Assembly: GCA_030867685.1 (NCBI GenBank)
Contig: JAQOWU010000007.1
Coordinates: 1,178,001 to 1,242,000, forward strand
Length of the DNA: 64,000 nucleotides
Reading direction: 5' to 3'
Source: Wickerhamiella versatilis
Lineage: Eukaryota
Part shown: piece after piece, positions 1 to 10,144 of the stretch
Layout of the letters: the number at the start of each line of letters is the position of its first letter
How positions within the stretch are numbered: position 1 is the stretch's first letter
The notes under the pieces: model-generated
The model's database searches: none
Seen by the model: the letters and a program-made list of their open reading frames with translations, nothing else
Told to the model about the DNA's origin: nothing
Made by a program: the position numbers and the translations under genes

Positions 1-1
1 T

Positions 2-703
2 CGCTCGAGACTATCAGTGCTTGCTCGTGCTTATTCGAGTTTTAAGCCTGAGAACCAGCCGCGTATCCGTATTGGTTCTACGGCTCCGAACTTCAAGGCT
101 TTGACTACGAACGGTGAAATAGATTTCCACGATTTCGTTGGTGATAAGTGGACTATTCTTTTTTCACACCCTGCTGATTTCACGCCTGTATGCACAACTG
201 AGCTCGGTGCCTTTTCAGCCCTAAAAGATGAATTCGCTAAGCGTGGTGCTCAGCTCATTGGTTTGAGTGCTGATCCCATTGAAAGCCATGAGAAGTGGCT
301 GAAGGATATTGAGGAAACCTCTAAACTTGGTAAATCCTTTGACTTTCCTATTATTGCGGATGTCGACCGTGAAGTGGCTTTCCTCTATGATATGGTCGAT
401 GAGGAGGGTTTCAAGAACCTAAGTAAAATGGCAAGTACAATCCGCAATGTCTTCATCATTGATCCTTCCAAGAAGGTACGTTTGTTTTTGGTTTATCCCG
501 CATCGACCGGCCGTAACACTGCGGAAGTTCTACGTGTTCTGGATGCGTTGCAGCTCACTGACTCCAAGGGACTTGTGACTCCGGTCAACTGGACTGAAGG
601 ATCTGATGTCATTGTACCACCATCGGTTCCTCTGGAGCAAGCCAAGGAGAAGTATGGAGATGTTCGCGTTGAGAAACCGTACTTGCGCTATGTCAAGGCT
701 TAA
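2..703 (+). CDS. PRX1: Mitochondrial 1-Cys peroxiredoxin (5' truncated by the window edge)
   Basis: FSHPADFTPVCTTE active-site motif, YPASTGRN and TPVNW motifs; the frame is open to the window start with no ATG, so the true start is upstream. Confidence 0.95.
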   Translation, partial: RSRLSVLARAYSSFKPENQPRIRIGSTAPNFKALTTNGEIDFHDFVGDKWTILFSHPADFTPVCTTELGAFSALKDEFAKRGAQLIGLSADPIESHEKWLKDIEETSKLGKSFDFPIIADVDREVAFLYDMVDEEGFKNLSKMASTIRNVFIIDPSKKVRLFLVYPASTGRNTAEVLRVLDALQLTDSKGLVTPVNWTEGSDVIVPPSVPLEQAKEKYGDVRVEKPYLRYVKA

Positions 704-769
704 CGAAATCTAACTAGAATATACTAAGTAGCACACATAAATGGCTATGCAATGATTCTTTTTTTCGGA

Positions 770-3337
770 TTAGGATCCATTAAGTGCACCTAAGTATTCG
801 ACGACCAGCGTCTGAACACTTCGGTAATTTCGAGCTACTTCGATCATTTCGGCGAGTAGAGGACGATTATTTGCCAGCAATGCCCGGAAAACTTCATCAA
901 GGCGGCTACGTTGGCCGAACTCGCTCAAGCGACGGATATAAAGCTCCAGATTGCGTTTTAGTTCGCTGCCTGATACATCAAGAAGAGAAGAAGAAGCAAC
1001 ACGGTTAGCCAAATGTGAGAGACTTACAATTTCATCGTATCTTTGGAATCCCTCCTGAAGCATACGGTTAACTGCTTGACGTTGCATTGCACGGCCCCTT
1101 GCACCAGCCTTCAGAAGAGCTTCCTCATTTGTACGTCTTTCCGCAGCAGCCACAGGACCTTCACGTACTGCAAACCCTGTGGAATCCCAAAATTGAGAGC
1201 CATATGCCCAAAATGGTTCTGAGACACGAGACCACGCCTGCATTTCTGCATAGTAGGCGTAAACATTACCATTGGTCAGGCTAACCACAACTGAACTACC
1301 GGTTACTTGAACTGAAGTCACACCAGGTCCCTTCGTTAGTTCTTGAGCCTTTGATCCTGTGTCTAGGATAGGAGCAAGCGATACTGGTGGGAATAGCGCC
1401 TTGTGCTCTTGTACATTCCAAGCGTAAACCATTCCAGTAGACGTCACCGCCACCAGCCACCGTTCTCGGCTTTCCAAGAAACTTAGAGCCGCACCTAAGG
1501 CAAATGGAGGCGTCCATCGTTGGCCTTGCGGGGTCCAGATATATACGACACCATCGTCTGAGCTTACAGACCAGAACCAGTCTGGAGCACCAGTGGCCAG
1601 GTGCGCATGCTCAGCAATGAAATCTGTGAATACGAGTTTACCATCCCGCACCACCGTTACTTTTGTTGGATCGCCCTGGCGGCCATTTCGAGCTTCTAAT
1701 ACTGCTTTCGCATCGACATCCGTGGATAACTGACTTATTACTTTCGGAGTAGCTAGGCGTAATGCAGATGCGGTGACAGCTGGACTTACAACTGCAGGTT
1801 TTGTCCACTCAGGACGTTTTGGAGGCTTCGGTGCATCTTCCGCTCGACGCTTATGTCCAATTACGAGGGAGGGAACACCCCCCTTCGGCAAACCGTTTGA
1901 TGGACGGTCAAATTCAGCACTGCTGTGCTGTATTGCAGGAGCAGGCGTAGTGCTCACTGATGGTGTTGCTGGGGTATCAGCACCAACAAGAACCGGAGTA
2001 ACACGCTTCCGTCCGTCTTTTGTTCGGCGCACTTGTGGCATCGAAACAGGCTGTGCCTGCGAAAGAGTATTAGACACATTTGAAGAAGAACATTGAATCT
2101 GGGGCTGGGATTGAGGCTCTGTATTTGTGGAAGAAGGCAGGCTATTCGACGCGGTGGGGTTTTTCTTCCCATCTGCGGAATCCTCCTTCTTGTTTTCCAT
2201 TTGTACCTGCTCAACGCTTTCTGGGATATCCATGAACTCTGCCTGGCCATATTTAGATAGTCGCTCCCTTGTCTCTTCTGGAGAGAGCACAGTTCCAATA
2301 TCATTAGGTCCAAATTCACAGCGAAGCACAGTTCCATCCAACGAGGATGCAAATACAACAAGCCCAGAAGGATCCCATGCAAGATCGCTGATGGCTTTCG
2401 TGCAAACATTTTGGACGACACACAATGGCCGTGCATCGTTTGTCGACCACAGCACCAATGTTCCATCTTGAGAAGCGGTTGCTAAAACTGACCCAACTAC
2501 ACCAGCTTTGCCAAGTTTATACAGCCTCGGACTGAATCTGCATACTTCGCATGCGGCCTGGTGGCCAACAAGACAATCCTCGCTGGTCGTCCATTTACCT
2601 CGATCTATTATGGCTACTGTGGGCACTGAACCATTCGTTGCATTAGGAGCGGCTATTGATTCACCGTCTGGAGACCAGCTACATCTTCTGAAATAGGTCG
2701 TCAATGGAGCTTCTCTGAATGGGGTCTCCACAACAGCTTCTACAGAAAATGAAAATTCAGTGGGGGTTGGACGAAAGTAGCGAACAAATCTAGCAGTCCG
2801 ATCATCACTACAAGTAACGAAATACTTACCTGCCGGGTCAAACGCTATACCTTTCACGTGTGATGTATGGTAGTCCAGACGCTTAATTTTCTCAAAAGTT
2901 GTGGCACTCCATACTATTACTGCACTATCAAGTCCCACCGAAACAATTAGGCTCTGATCTGGCGACCAAGCTAGATCTTGTACATCACTATCATGGCCAA
3001 CAAGACGCTTTCGAGCACTCCACGTTTCCTGGTTAACCCGTTCACTGACCAATACAATACGGTCATCTGAGCCCGTCGCCAGGTATCTCCCATCGGGACT
3101 AAACTTTACACATGTTACTGCTCCATTATGAGAAGCTAGAGCAAAAAGTTGAGGGTCCTCTGGCTCCTCGTCAGTGCCAGCCAAGGCCGTAGCGTTTACA
3201 GGCCATATTCGAGCCTTCCCGTCGAGACCACCTGTGGCCATTCGGGTACCGCTTGGATCCACGTCTAGCGAGTATATTTCAAAGCTGTGCAAAGTATCAT
3301 CAAGATGCCTGAGCCAGCCTGGCCTAACTAAACGCAT
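770..3337 (-). CDS. HIR1: HIRA/Hir1 histone chaperone
   Basis: N-terminal WD40 repeats (ATGGLDG, GHDSDVQDLAWSPD, HVKGIAFDPAGKY, TTYFRRCSWSPDG), B-domain TKDGRKRVTP and Hira C-domain; start placed at the ATG of MRLVRPGW (CAT at 3335-3337) rather than the ORF-track start. Confidence 0.93.
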   Translation of the reverse strand: MRLVRPGWLRHLDDTLHSFEIYSLDVDPSGTRMATGGLDGKARIWPVNATALAGTDEEPEDPQLFALASHNGAVTCVKFSPDGRYLATGSDDRIVLVSERVNQETWSARKRLVGHDSDVQDLAWSPDQSLIVSVGLDSAVIVWSATTFEKIKRLDYHTSHVKGIAFDPAGKYFVTCSDDRTARFVRYFRPTPTEFSFSVEAVVETPFREAPLTTYFRRCSWSPDGESIAAPNATNGSVPTVAIIDRGKWTTSEDCLVGHQAACEVCRFSPRLYKLGKAGVVGSVLATASQDGTLVLWSTNDARPLCVVQNVCTKAISDLAWDPSGLVVFASSLDGTVLRCEFGPNDIGTVLSPEETRERLSKYGQAEFMDIPESVEQVQMENKKEDSADGKKNPTASNSLPSSTNTEPQSQPQIQCSSSNVSNTLSQAQPVSMPQVRRTKDGRKRVTPVLVGADTPATPSVSTTPAPAIQHSSAEFDRPSNGLPKGGVPSLVIGHKRRAEDAPKPPKRPEWTKPAVVSPAVTASALRLATPKVISQLSTDVDAKAVLEARNGRQGDPTKVTVVRDGKLVFTDFIAEHAHLATGAPDWFWSVSSDDGVVYIWTPQGQRWTPPFALGAALSFLESRERWLVAVTSTGMVYAWNVQEHKALFPPVSLAPILDTGSKAQELTKGPGVTSVQVTGSSVVVSLTNGNVYAYYAEMQAWSRVSEPFWAYGSQFWDSTGFAVREGPVAAAERRTNEEALLKAGARGRAMQRQAVNRMLQEGFQRYDEIVSLSHLANRVASSSLLDVSGSELKRNLELYIRRLSEFGQRSRLDEVFRALLANNRPLLAEMIEVARNYRSVQTLVVEYLGALNGS

Positions 3338-3397
3338 ATCCAAGACCGCTGAGGTAATCGCAGCCAACCCACTAAGAATTATACAAGTCGGCAGATA

Positions 3398-4066
3398 ATG
3401 GACGAGACGTGGGGCGATGTATTCACTCGGCAGAAGGGGAATGAGTACTTTTGTAGTGTCGATTTGGACTACATTCTGGACCGTTTTAACCTCACCGGCC
3501 TCAACAACGAGGTGAGCAATATCCAACATCTTCTTGAAGTTCTCACGAGCAGTCCTTCACCAGCAGACTCTCCAGATAGTGATCAAGAGGAATGGGAGGT
3601 ACCAACATCAGTTCAAGATCCCCAGGCGCGCCACCTGTACGGCCTAATCCATGCAAGATTCATTCTTACGACTAGGGGACTTTACAAAATGATGGAGAAG
3701 TATCGGAACTGTGAGTTTGGCCGTTGTCCCCGAGCGTTATGTCGAGCACATCCTGTACTACCAGTAGGTCTTCATGATTACCCTCATGTTGCCAGTGTGA
3801 AGCTGTACTGTCCTAAATGTGAGGATATCTACAATCCTAAATCACAGCTCCACCAGCAAATTGATGGCGCATACTTTGGCACCAGTCTTCCTGCAATGTT
3901 TTTCCAAGTTTATTCCAAGCAGTTGCCAAGGCACTCTAATGAACAATTTTGTATAAAGGTTTTTGGTTTTAAAATTCACGAGAACGCAGAGTTGTGTCGG
4001 TGGCAGCAGCATCAACGTGAGGAGCAAGAAAAGCGTCTTACCGGCATAGTGGGGACCAAAAGATAG
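3398..4066 (+). CDS. CKB2: Casein kinase II regulatory (beta) subunit
   Basis: GNEYFCSVD..YILDRFNLTGL, LYGLIHARFI, zinc ribbon CPRALC...YCPKCEDIY, DGAYFG; CKB2 versus CKB1 is less certain. Confidence 0.88.
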   Translation: MDETWGDVFTRQKGNEYFCSVDLDYILDRFNLTGLNNEVSNIQHLLEVLTSSPSPADSPDSDQEEWEVPTSVQDPQARHLYGLIHARFILTTRGLYKMMEKYRNCEFGRCPRALCRAHPVLPVGLHDYPHVASVKLYCPKCEDIYNPKSQLHQQIDGAYFGTSLPAMFFQVYSKQLPRHSNEQFCIKVFGFKIHENAELCRWQQHQREEQEKRLTGIVGTKR

Positions 4067-4405
4067 TTTATGAAATTTTTCGCGATTAAGTTATTCGTTG
4101 AATACTGCTGTGAAAGTGTCTGTGTGTGTTATGCGTATATGTTCCTGCCAATTCTTGAGTCAAGCAGCACCCGTAAAAGCCAAACCACCTTATAACTTCC
4201 TTATTTTTTTCTTAATGAGCACATTCAGATCTAATTAGCCTCCATATAAAGACCAAATTTGCCGCACATGTTCCGGGTAAAACCTTTATTAGTCCTGAAT
4301 CTCAGTATACTTACCATCTATGAAATTCTATAAGACTTAGTTGCTAAAGTGAATCACAGAGAAAAAAAATCTTTTGTTCTTCCTTTCAACCGACCAATGA
4401 ATAGT

Positions 4406-5836
4406 CTACACCAATCTTTCACGGAGTGTTTTGCCTAATGCTTCAACAGCAAGATCCATATTTTCAAACGTGACACTGGCATACGTTCCACGCAAATATA
4501 TAGCGTATTCATCTGCCTCGTCGGACGCGGACAATACTGGCTGTGGAGGCGAGGTATTACCCTTGGCCTTAAACCAGTGGCCTGGGGCCATCAGAACTTT
4601 ATTGTCAATCCCAGCATGCCACAAAGCATCCGTTATTTTCGCTGTGTCTCCTTTAAATTCTTTAAATAAGGTGAAACGACGGGCATCGAACTTTAACCAG
4701 AAAAACATACCAGCCACAGGCGGGGAAACTTCATAACAGTCGCTTGGTAGATATTTCTTGATACTGTCAATACAATGGTCTCTCTTTTTGGTGTATAGCT
4801 CGCGGATTTTCGCCAACCATTCTAAGTAGCCCTCTTGGCCCCACCTCCGAAGCAACCCGTATATAATTGACTGAGTAAAACCACAGGGAGACTGCTGGGA
4901 GGATTCAATGATTAGAAGAAGGCGACTGATAACAGCTTTGGGTCCCACAGCCCATCCCAATCTTGTTCCTGGCGCGATAACTTTAGAGAAACTTTCCAGC
5001 CGAACTACAATTCCCTCTGTATCCATAGAAAGGAAACTTTTAATAAGGGCTTTGGGCAGGTCTACCCCTGACACTGGCTCGTGCTTTTCTCCATAAGGAG
5101 GCATTTGAAGATAATAATAAGGCTCATCTTCAATAATCACCATGTCGTGCTTCGCACAAATGTCATAAATCTTCTTCCTCCTCTCTTCACTCAAACTAGA
5201 ACCTGTGGGATTTTGACCGGTTGGAATAGTATACAAAAGCTTCGGTTTGGGCCCTACCCAATGTTCCAATTGTGCAGCAAGAGCCTCTGGGAGAAGACCT
5301 TCCAGATCCATCTTCGCTGGGACACATACCGCACCCACAGCCTGGGCTGCATTCAAAGCAGATGAAAAAGTAAATTCCTCGACCAATATGGGTTCGCCAG
5401 GATTAACAAATGTACGCAACACAGCGTCCCAGGCAAATGTATTTCCAATTGTCATCGTCAAATCCCAATCATCGTTGGGAATTGAATGAACTCTAGTGGT
5501 GTGCTCCGTAACAAAGTCCTTTAGTGGAGGAAATCCAGCTGAGCCACCGTATTGAAGCGATTTAGCCAGAGGTATCTCTTCTGGGCTACTTTCGAGTGAC
5601 TTACCAATATGAATTTCTAGATTTCCTGATCCCTCAATGGGAGCCTCAATACCACGTTCAAAAGGAACAGCATGTGACTTCACGGATAGATCATCAAACG
5701 GAAAGAGTGAAGTCATCGGCATGCCGCCGCCTAGCGAACGCATTCCGGGATAATCGTTATATTTATGAGAAGCCTTCAGAAGACTTGGGTGGCGACGGTT
5801 CGATTCCTCGCTGAACAAATGACTTATATCTTTCAT
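4406..5836 (-). CDS. ARO8: Aromatic amino acid / 2-aminoadipate aminotransferase (PLP class I)
   Basis: SLGGGMP, LQYG, YTIPTGQNPTG, IIEDEPYY, SFSKVIAPGTRLGW (PLP lysine). Confidence 0.92.
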   Translation of the reverse strand: MKDISHLFSEESNRRHPSLLKASHKYNDYPGMRSLGGGMPMTSLFPFDDLSVKSHAVPFERGIEAPIEGSGNLEIHIGKSLESSPEEIPLAKSLQYGGSAGFPPLKDFVTEHTTRVHSIPNDDWDLTMTIGNTFAWDAVLRTFVNPGEPILVEEFTFSSALNAAQAVGAVCVPAKMDLEGLLPEALAAQLEHWVGPKPKLLYTIPTGQNPTGSSLSEERRKKIYDICAKHDMVIIEDEPYYYLQMPPYGEKHEPVSGVDLPKALIKSFLSMDTEGIVVRLESFSKVIAPGTRLGWAVGPKAVISRLLLIIESSQQSPCGFTQSIIYGLLRRWGQEGYLEWLAKIRELYTKKRDHCIDSIKKYLPSDCYEVSPPVAGMFFWLKFDARRFTLFKEFKGDTAKITDALWHAGIDNKVLMAPGHWFKAKGNTSPPQPVLSASDEADEYAIYLRGTYASVTFENMDLAVEALGKTLRERLV

Positions 5837-5887
5837 TAGTTCTTCCTTCTTACTGCCGATGGGTGTTCAAGAAGTTGGGAACTCTAC

Positions 5888-5898
5888 TATATGACTCA
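5888..5898 (-). promoter_or_regulatory. Gcn4/AP-1 site abutting TATA (TGAGTCATATA on the - strand) upstream of ARO8
   Basis: TATATGACTCA read directly, 52 bp from the ARO8 ATG; ARO8 is a known Gcn4-type target. Confidence 0.6.
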
Positions 5899-6170
5899 CT
5901 AACACTAGAATGCTCAATTTGTCAGATATTTGGAACAATCATTGGCTTGTGAGCTTGAAATGTGTAGCTAAATAGCTCCTATTTTTCGTAAATGTCGATT
6001 AAAATGTGCATTACCATATTTCTTAGATGATGGCATAACCTATTAAGATTGAAAAGCGAGAACAAAATGCTCCAAGATTACCGACAAGAATATAGCTGAG
6101 TTACATTTAGCCCCTCTTATTTACAAAATTGCCGTCAAGTGTGACAAAAAGTGTCAAATTTTTATACGAC

Positions 6171-7517
6171 CTAGCGCAATTGCCCGAATAAATTCAGGGG
6201 TGTAATATTTTCGCGTGCCTGCGTACCGTCATTAATGCTCCAGAGTCGCAATGTTTCATCACCTGCCCCAGTAGCTATCGACTTTCCATCGGGGCTCATT
6301 GCCAGGTATAGAACTCTTACTGCATGCCCAGTCAGAGTAGCTACTGTCTCCATTTGTGGGTACTTCCAAAGGGCAACGTAATTATCTGAGTATCCGTGAG
6401 TTGAAATCAATTCTCGAGTGTTTAAACTCCAAGCAAGGTTGCACACCTGAGAACTTGTTTGATGCGTTGAAATGTTGCGGCCTGTCAAAGTGTTCCAAAA
6501 TCGTATGCTTCTGTCTGACGAGCCACCCCCAGAGGCTAGAAGCCCGCGCTGGTGGGGACTCCATGCCAATGCTTTGACAGCTGCTGTATGGTCATTGAAC
6601 CGGTGGAGCGGCCGCGTTGATAGGTTGTCCCACACTATGAGCTGATTACCATTACAGCCAGAAGCTAATTGGTTTGTCTCCAAGTTCCAGCGTAGTCCAC
6701 AGACTTCTCCTGTATGCACTGACAGTCGTTCGATGTAGGGCTCAGGAACCCGCACATCACGGTGGAGAATGCTATAATCGCGAGAGCCGCTGCTCAAAAT
6801 ATGCTCATTCCAAGATAAACTTGAAGCTCTATCACTATGACCCACCATTTGTCTTAGGCGCTGGCCTTTCTCCACATCCCAAATTTGCACATACCCCTTG
6901 AGCGTTCCAACTGCGAGGTGTGTACCCTGACGAATCCAGCTAACTGAGGTCACCTCATCTATATCCAGGCGTGTAACTTCCTGCACATCACCGGTCAAGG
7001 CGTCCCACACATACACGAACCTACCAAGACCTACTGCAACCTTATTCTGAGCACCCCAGTCAACAAGATTCAGATAAAAATCATCCGCAAGATCTGGTGC
7101 ATCTAGAACTTTATATGGTGCTGATGGAATTGAGCGTGGCTTCCTGCGTGGTTGTAGCAGGAGTCGCTGTGATTCAAGCCGGACCGGGGAAGTCGAATAG
7201 GCCTCAGCTGATGCAGGGTTGGGAAATAATCTTTTCGATGGCGAATACTTAAGGACACCCGGGCTTCGCATTCGATGGGGACTGGTCGGCATGCTTTTAA
7301 CACTTTGGACATCACGTTCAGGGCTCGATGAAGATGTCGACGGCGTACTGAGCTCCATGCGGAGCAGCTGGTTGTAAGTCGACTCCACATCTCCTTCGGG
7401 TAGCTCACCGGCAAATCCAAAGGCTGATTGAAGGTTTATACCCTCACGTGCGGGAATATACCGGTCGGCACGACGCTTCTTGGATGGTGTGGAAGGTGCA
7501 GACCGGGACCCTTCCAT
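6171..7517 (-). CDS. CDH1: APC/C activator Cdh1/Fizzy-related
   Basis: C-box DRYIP, KVLDAPDLADDFYLNLVDW, WD40 repeats, GAGDETLRLW, C-terminal LR tail; likely start MEGSRS (CAT 7515-7517), alternative ATG at 7586. Confidence 0.92.
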   Translation of the reverse strand: MEGSRSAPSTPSKKRRADRYIPAREGINLQSAFGFAGELPEGDVESTYNQLLRMELSTPSTSSSSPERDVQSVKSMPTSPHRMRSPGVLKYSPSKRLFPNPASAEAYSTSPVRLESQRLLLQPRRKPRSIPSAPYKVLDAPDLADDFYLNLVDWGAQNKVAVGLGRFVYVWDALTGDVQEVTRLDIDEVTSVSWIRQGTHLAVGTLKGYVQIWDVEKGQRLRQMVGHSDRASSLSWNEHILSSGSRDYSILHRDVRVPEPYIERLSVHTGEVCGLRWNLETNQLASGCNGNQLIVWDNLSTRPLHRFNDHTAAVKALAWSPHQRGLLASGGGSSDRSIRFWNTLTGRNISTHQTSSQVCNLAWSLNTRELISTHGYSDNYVALWKYPQMETVATLTGHAVRVLYLAMSPDGKSIATGAGDETLRLWSINDGTQARENITPLNLFGQLR

Positions 7518-7917
7518 GCCATATTCCTTAGTCAACAAGGGCAGCGATAACAAGCTATATAGCGTCAGACATGGCAAGTGCAACATGTGTTACATTATAG
7601 GACTTACTTTCCCGAAGCAATCCGTCTGAAAAAAGCAATTCTAATAGAAAACTCACTTGATCAATTGGCTATCCATTATAATTAGGCCTACTGCATATTA
7701 GCACATAAAAAAAAGCGCTGATGTGACCTAGATATATCACATTATTATCGTTAAACTGAGTAATTTTGAATAAATCTCGCTATCCTGTTTTCTAGCGCAT
7801 GAAAACCAAGAAAAGATCGTATTTGGGCCATGTGGTCCGAGTGGTCCGGGTAAGGGTAAATGGCGGTCCTTAGCTAACTTCGCGCGCATTTATTCTTTTT
7901 CGTTGTACTTCTACAAG

Positions 7918-8895
7918 ATGTCAATGGTTTCAAGTATATTTCCGGCGGATGCAGCAGACCGCATGCGTCGGCGGCAGATCACTAAAAAGGGATTCCAGCT
8001 ATGCGTGATGGTATGCGGTCGCAGCGGAACCGGGAAGTCTACGTTCGTGAATACATTATGCGATGGTGAGGTTTATGAAAGAGTTATGGACGATGACTGC
8101 GAGGAGATTGATGAACTGGGAGACGATAGTACCCGGGAAATGGTACTACGCTCACATAAAGTGGATCTCGGTGAGAGTGACGGCACCGTTATATCATTGA
8201 CAATCGTCGATACTCCAGGCTTTGGGGATAACATTGACAATACAGACTGCTCTGGTAAGATTCTAGACTACCTTGAGTCCCAATTCGACGAGGTTCTTAT
8301 TGAGGAAGCTCGTATCCGACGTAACCCCAAATTTCAAGATCATCGCGTGCATGTCTGCCTCTACTTTATTGCTGCAAACACCCATGGCTTGAAAGAGCTC
8401 GATGTAGAGCTTATGACATTGCTAAGCTCACGCGTCAATGTAATACCCGTCATATCCAAGGCTGATACAATGACGGACGAGGAACTGGCCGACACCAAAC
8501 GTCAGATTATGGCCGATATTGCTGACCACCAGATTCCTATATTTTCTATCCAATCAGAAAGTGATGACAATGAAGCCTTGGAAGAAACTATGGCGTTACG
8601 GGAGATGATGCCCTTCGCTGTGGTGGGGTCGAACTCGATCTACCAAGTGGGCGAGGAGTACCTGCGCGGGCGCAACTACCCATGGGGCTTTGTCCGTGTT
8701 GAGGATCCATTGCATAGTGATTTCGTGGCATTGCGAAGTGTTCTATTTGGCTCACATATACAGGAGCTGCGTGACGTGACACAGGATGTCATATACGAAA
8801 AGTATCGGACTGAAAGGCTTTGCCAGGAGCCAGATCTCATGTCAAGGCTGCGTATGGAGTCCGAAACACAGTCGATAGCATCGACCACAATGTAA
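7918..8895 (+). CDS. Septin, Cdc11/Spr28-like, without an obvious C-terminal coiled coil
   Basis: Polybasic RRRQITKKG, G1 GRSGTGKS, G3 DTPG, G4 SKAD, septin unique element RGRNYPWG...HSDF; first ATG at 7918. Confidence 0.9.
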   Translation: MSMVSSIFPADAADRMRRRQITKKGFQLCVMVCGRSGTGKSTFVNTLCDGEVYERVMDDDCEEIDELGDDSTREMVLRSHKVDLGESDGTVISLTIVDTPGFGDNIDNTDCSGKILDYLESQFDEVLIEEARIRRNPKFQDHRVHVCLYFIAANTHGLKELDVELMTLLSSRVNVIPVISKADTMTDEELADTKRQIMADIADHQIPIFSIQSESDDNEALEETMALREMMPFAVVGSNSIYQVGEEYLRGRNYPWGFVRVEDPLHSDFVALRSVLFGSHIQELRDVTQDVIYEKYRTERLCQEPDLMSRLRMESETQSIASTTM

Positions 8896-8978
8896 ATTAC
8901 ATGGCGAAAATACACCAAGGTTTATGAAATGGGTCAAGATAAAATGCAGATGATCTATATATATGTACATGTATAAGA

Positions 8979-10034
8979 CTAAAATCCCATTGCTCTAGAA
9001 GCCCTGCTAACCACACCATTAGTTCTTCCAATAGCCTTTTCTGCACCCTCCTTGGATACTGATTCAAGATAGGCTGGTTCATGCATTAGCCGCGCATATT
9101 CATTGCGTATGGGCATGAAGTATGCACAGACGGCCTCAGTAATCAGCTCCTTCAATTGCTGGTGATTGGCAGGACGATGCCGTGCAATCCATTCTGTGGG
9201 CTCAATTTTTTCTATTGCTGCTGCAATATTTACTAGATTAGCCACTCCGGGACGAGTGACAGGATCAAACGTGATGGGTCCCTGCACAGAGTCTGTAACG
9301 GCGCGCTTCAGTTTCGCAGCAATCTCATCAGCTGAGTCTGAGATGTTTAAACAGGAAAACTTGTCACTATCACTTTTGCTCATTTTCTTGTTGGGGTTCC
9401 GAAGTGACAGTATTCTTTTTGTCGGTGCAAGGACGGTTTTTGGTGTTTTGAACGTATTCCCGAATCGGTGATTGAAAGCTTGGACCAAGTGGCGCGTAAG
9501 TTCTAGATGCTGGGACTGATCATCCCCGACAGGTACGAGATCTGCGTCATTAGCCAGGATGTCAGCTGCCATCAACACCGGGTATGCAAATAACGCCAAA
9601 TTCACCTCAGAGGTCAACACCTCCTTAAGGGTCGCATCCGGATCGATATGCGATTTGCTCTTCCACTGGGCCATACGACCTAGATAGCCCATACTGGCAA
9701 CCGATTCAAGTAGCCAATGAAGCTGGGCGTGGCCTGGCACTTGACTTTGAAAATACAGATTAGCCTTGACTGGGTCAACACCAGATGCAATAATAGATGC
9801 AAGAGCCTGCCACCTATATTCACGCAGTAGATCTGGCTTCTTTGGCACAGTGATAGAATGCATATCCGCGACCATGAGTACAACTTTTGTGTCCGCGGAG
9901 GCAGACTTGCACATATCTACCCAAACGTTGACCGCACCCAAAAGATTTCCCATATGAAAAACCCCCGAGGGCTGGATGCCGCTCATAACGGTCTTGCCCG
10001 CCAGACGGGCTACCTGGGTAGAGAGTATCGACAT
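8979..10034 (-). CDS. MSW1: Mitochondrial tryptophanyl-tRNA synthetase
   Basis: SGIQPSG.FHMGN (HIGH-like), YPVLMAADIL, VPVGDDQSQH, KMSKS. Confidence 0.95.
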   Translation of the reverse strand: MSILSTQVARLAGKTVMSGIQPSGVFHMGNLLGAVNVWVDMCKSASADTKVVLMVADMHSITVPKKPDLLREYRWQALASIIASGVDPVKANLYFQSQVPGHAQLHWLLESVASMGYLGRMAQWKSKSHIDPDATLKEVLTSEVNLALFAYPVLMAADILANDADLVPVGDDQSQHLELTRHLVQAFNHRFGNTFKTPKTVLAPTKRILSLRNPNKKMSKSDSDKFSCLNISDSADEIAAKLKRAVTDSVQGPITFDPVTRPGVANLVNIAAAIEKIEPTEWIARHRPANHQQLKELITEAVCAYFMPIRNEYARLMHEPAYLESVSKEGAEKAIGRTNGVVSRASRAMGF

Positions 10035-10144
10035 GTCAGCATGCTGGTAGCATGATAGAACAAAAGTCTTTCATAAACACATTCTTAAAAGCGCGAATAA
10101 ATAGTGGTGAATGCATTAGGATATGGTAATTAACTATGTACACA

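Noticed and set aside
3338-3529. N-terminal extension of HIR1 overlapping CKB2 antisense
   Set aside because: Non-ATG ORF-track start; Hir1 homology begins at the ATG at 3337
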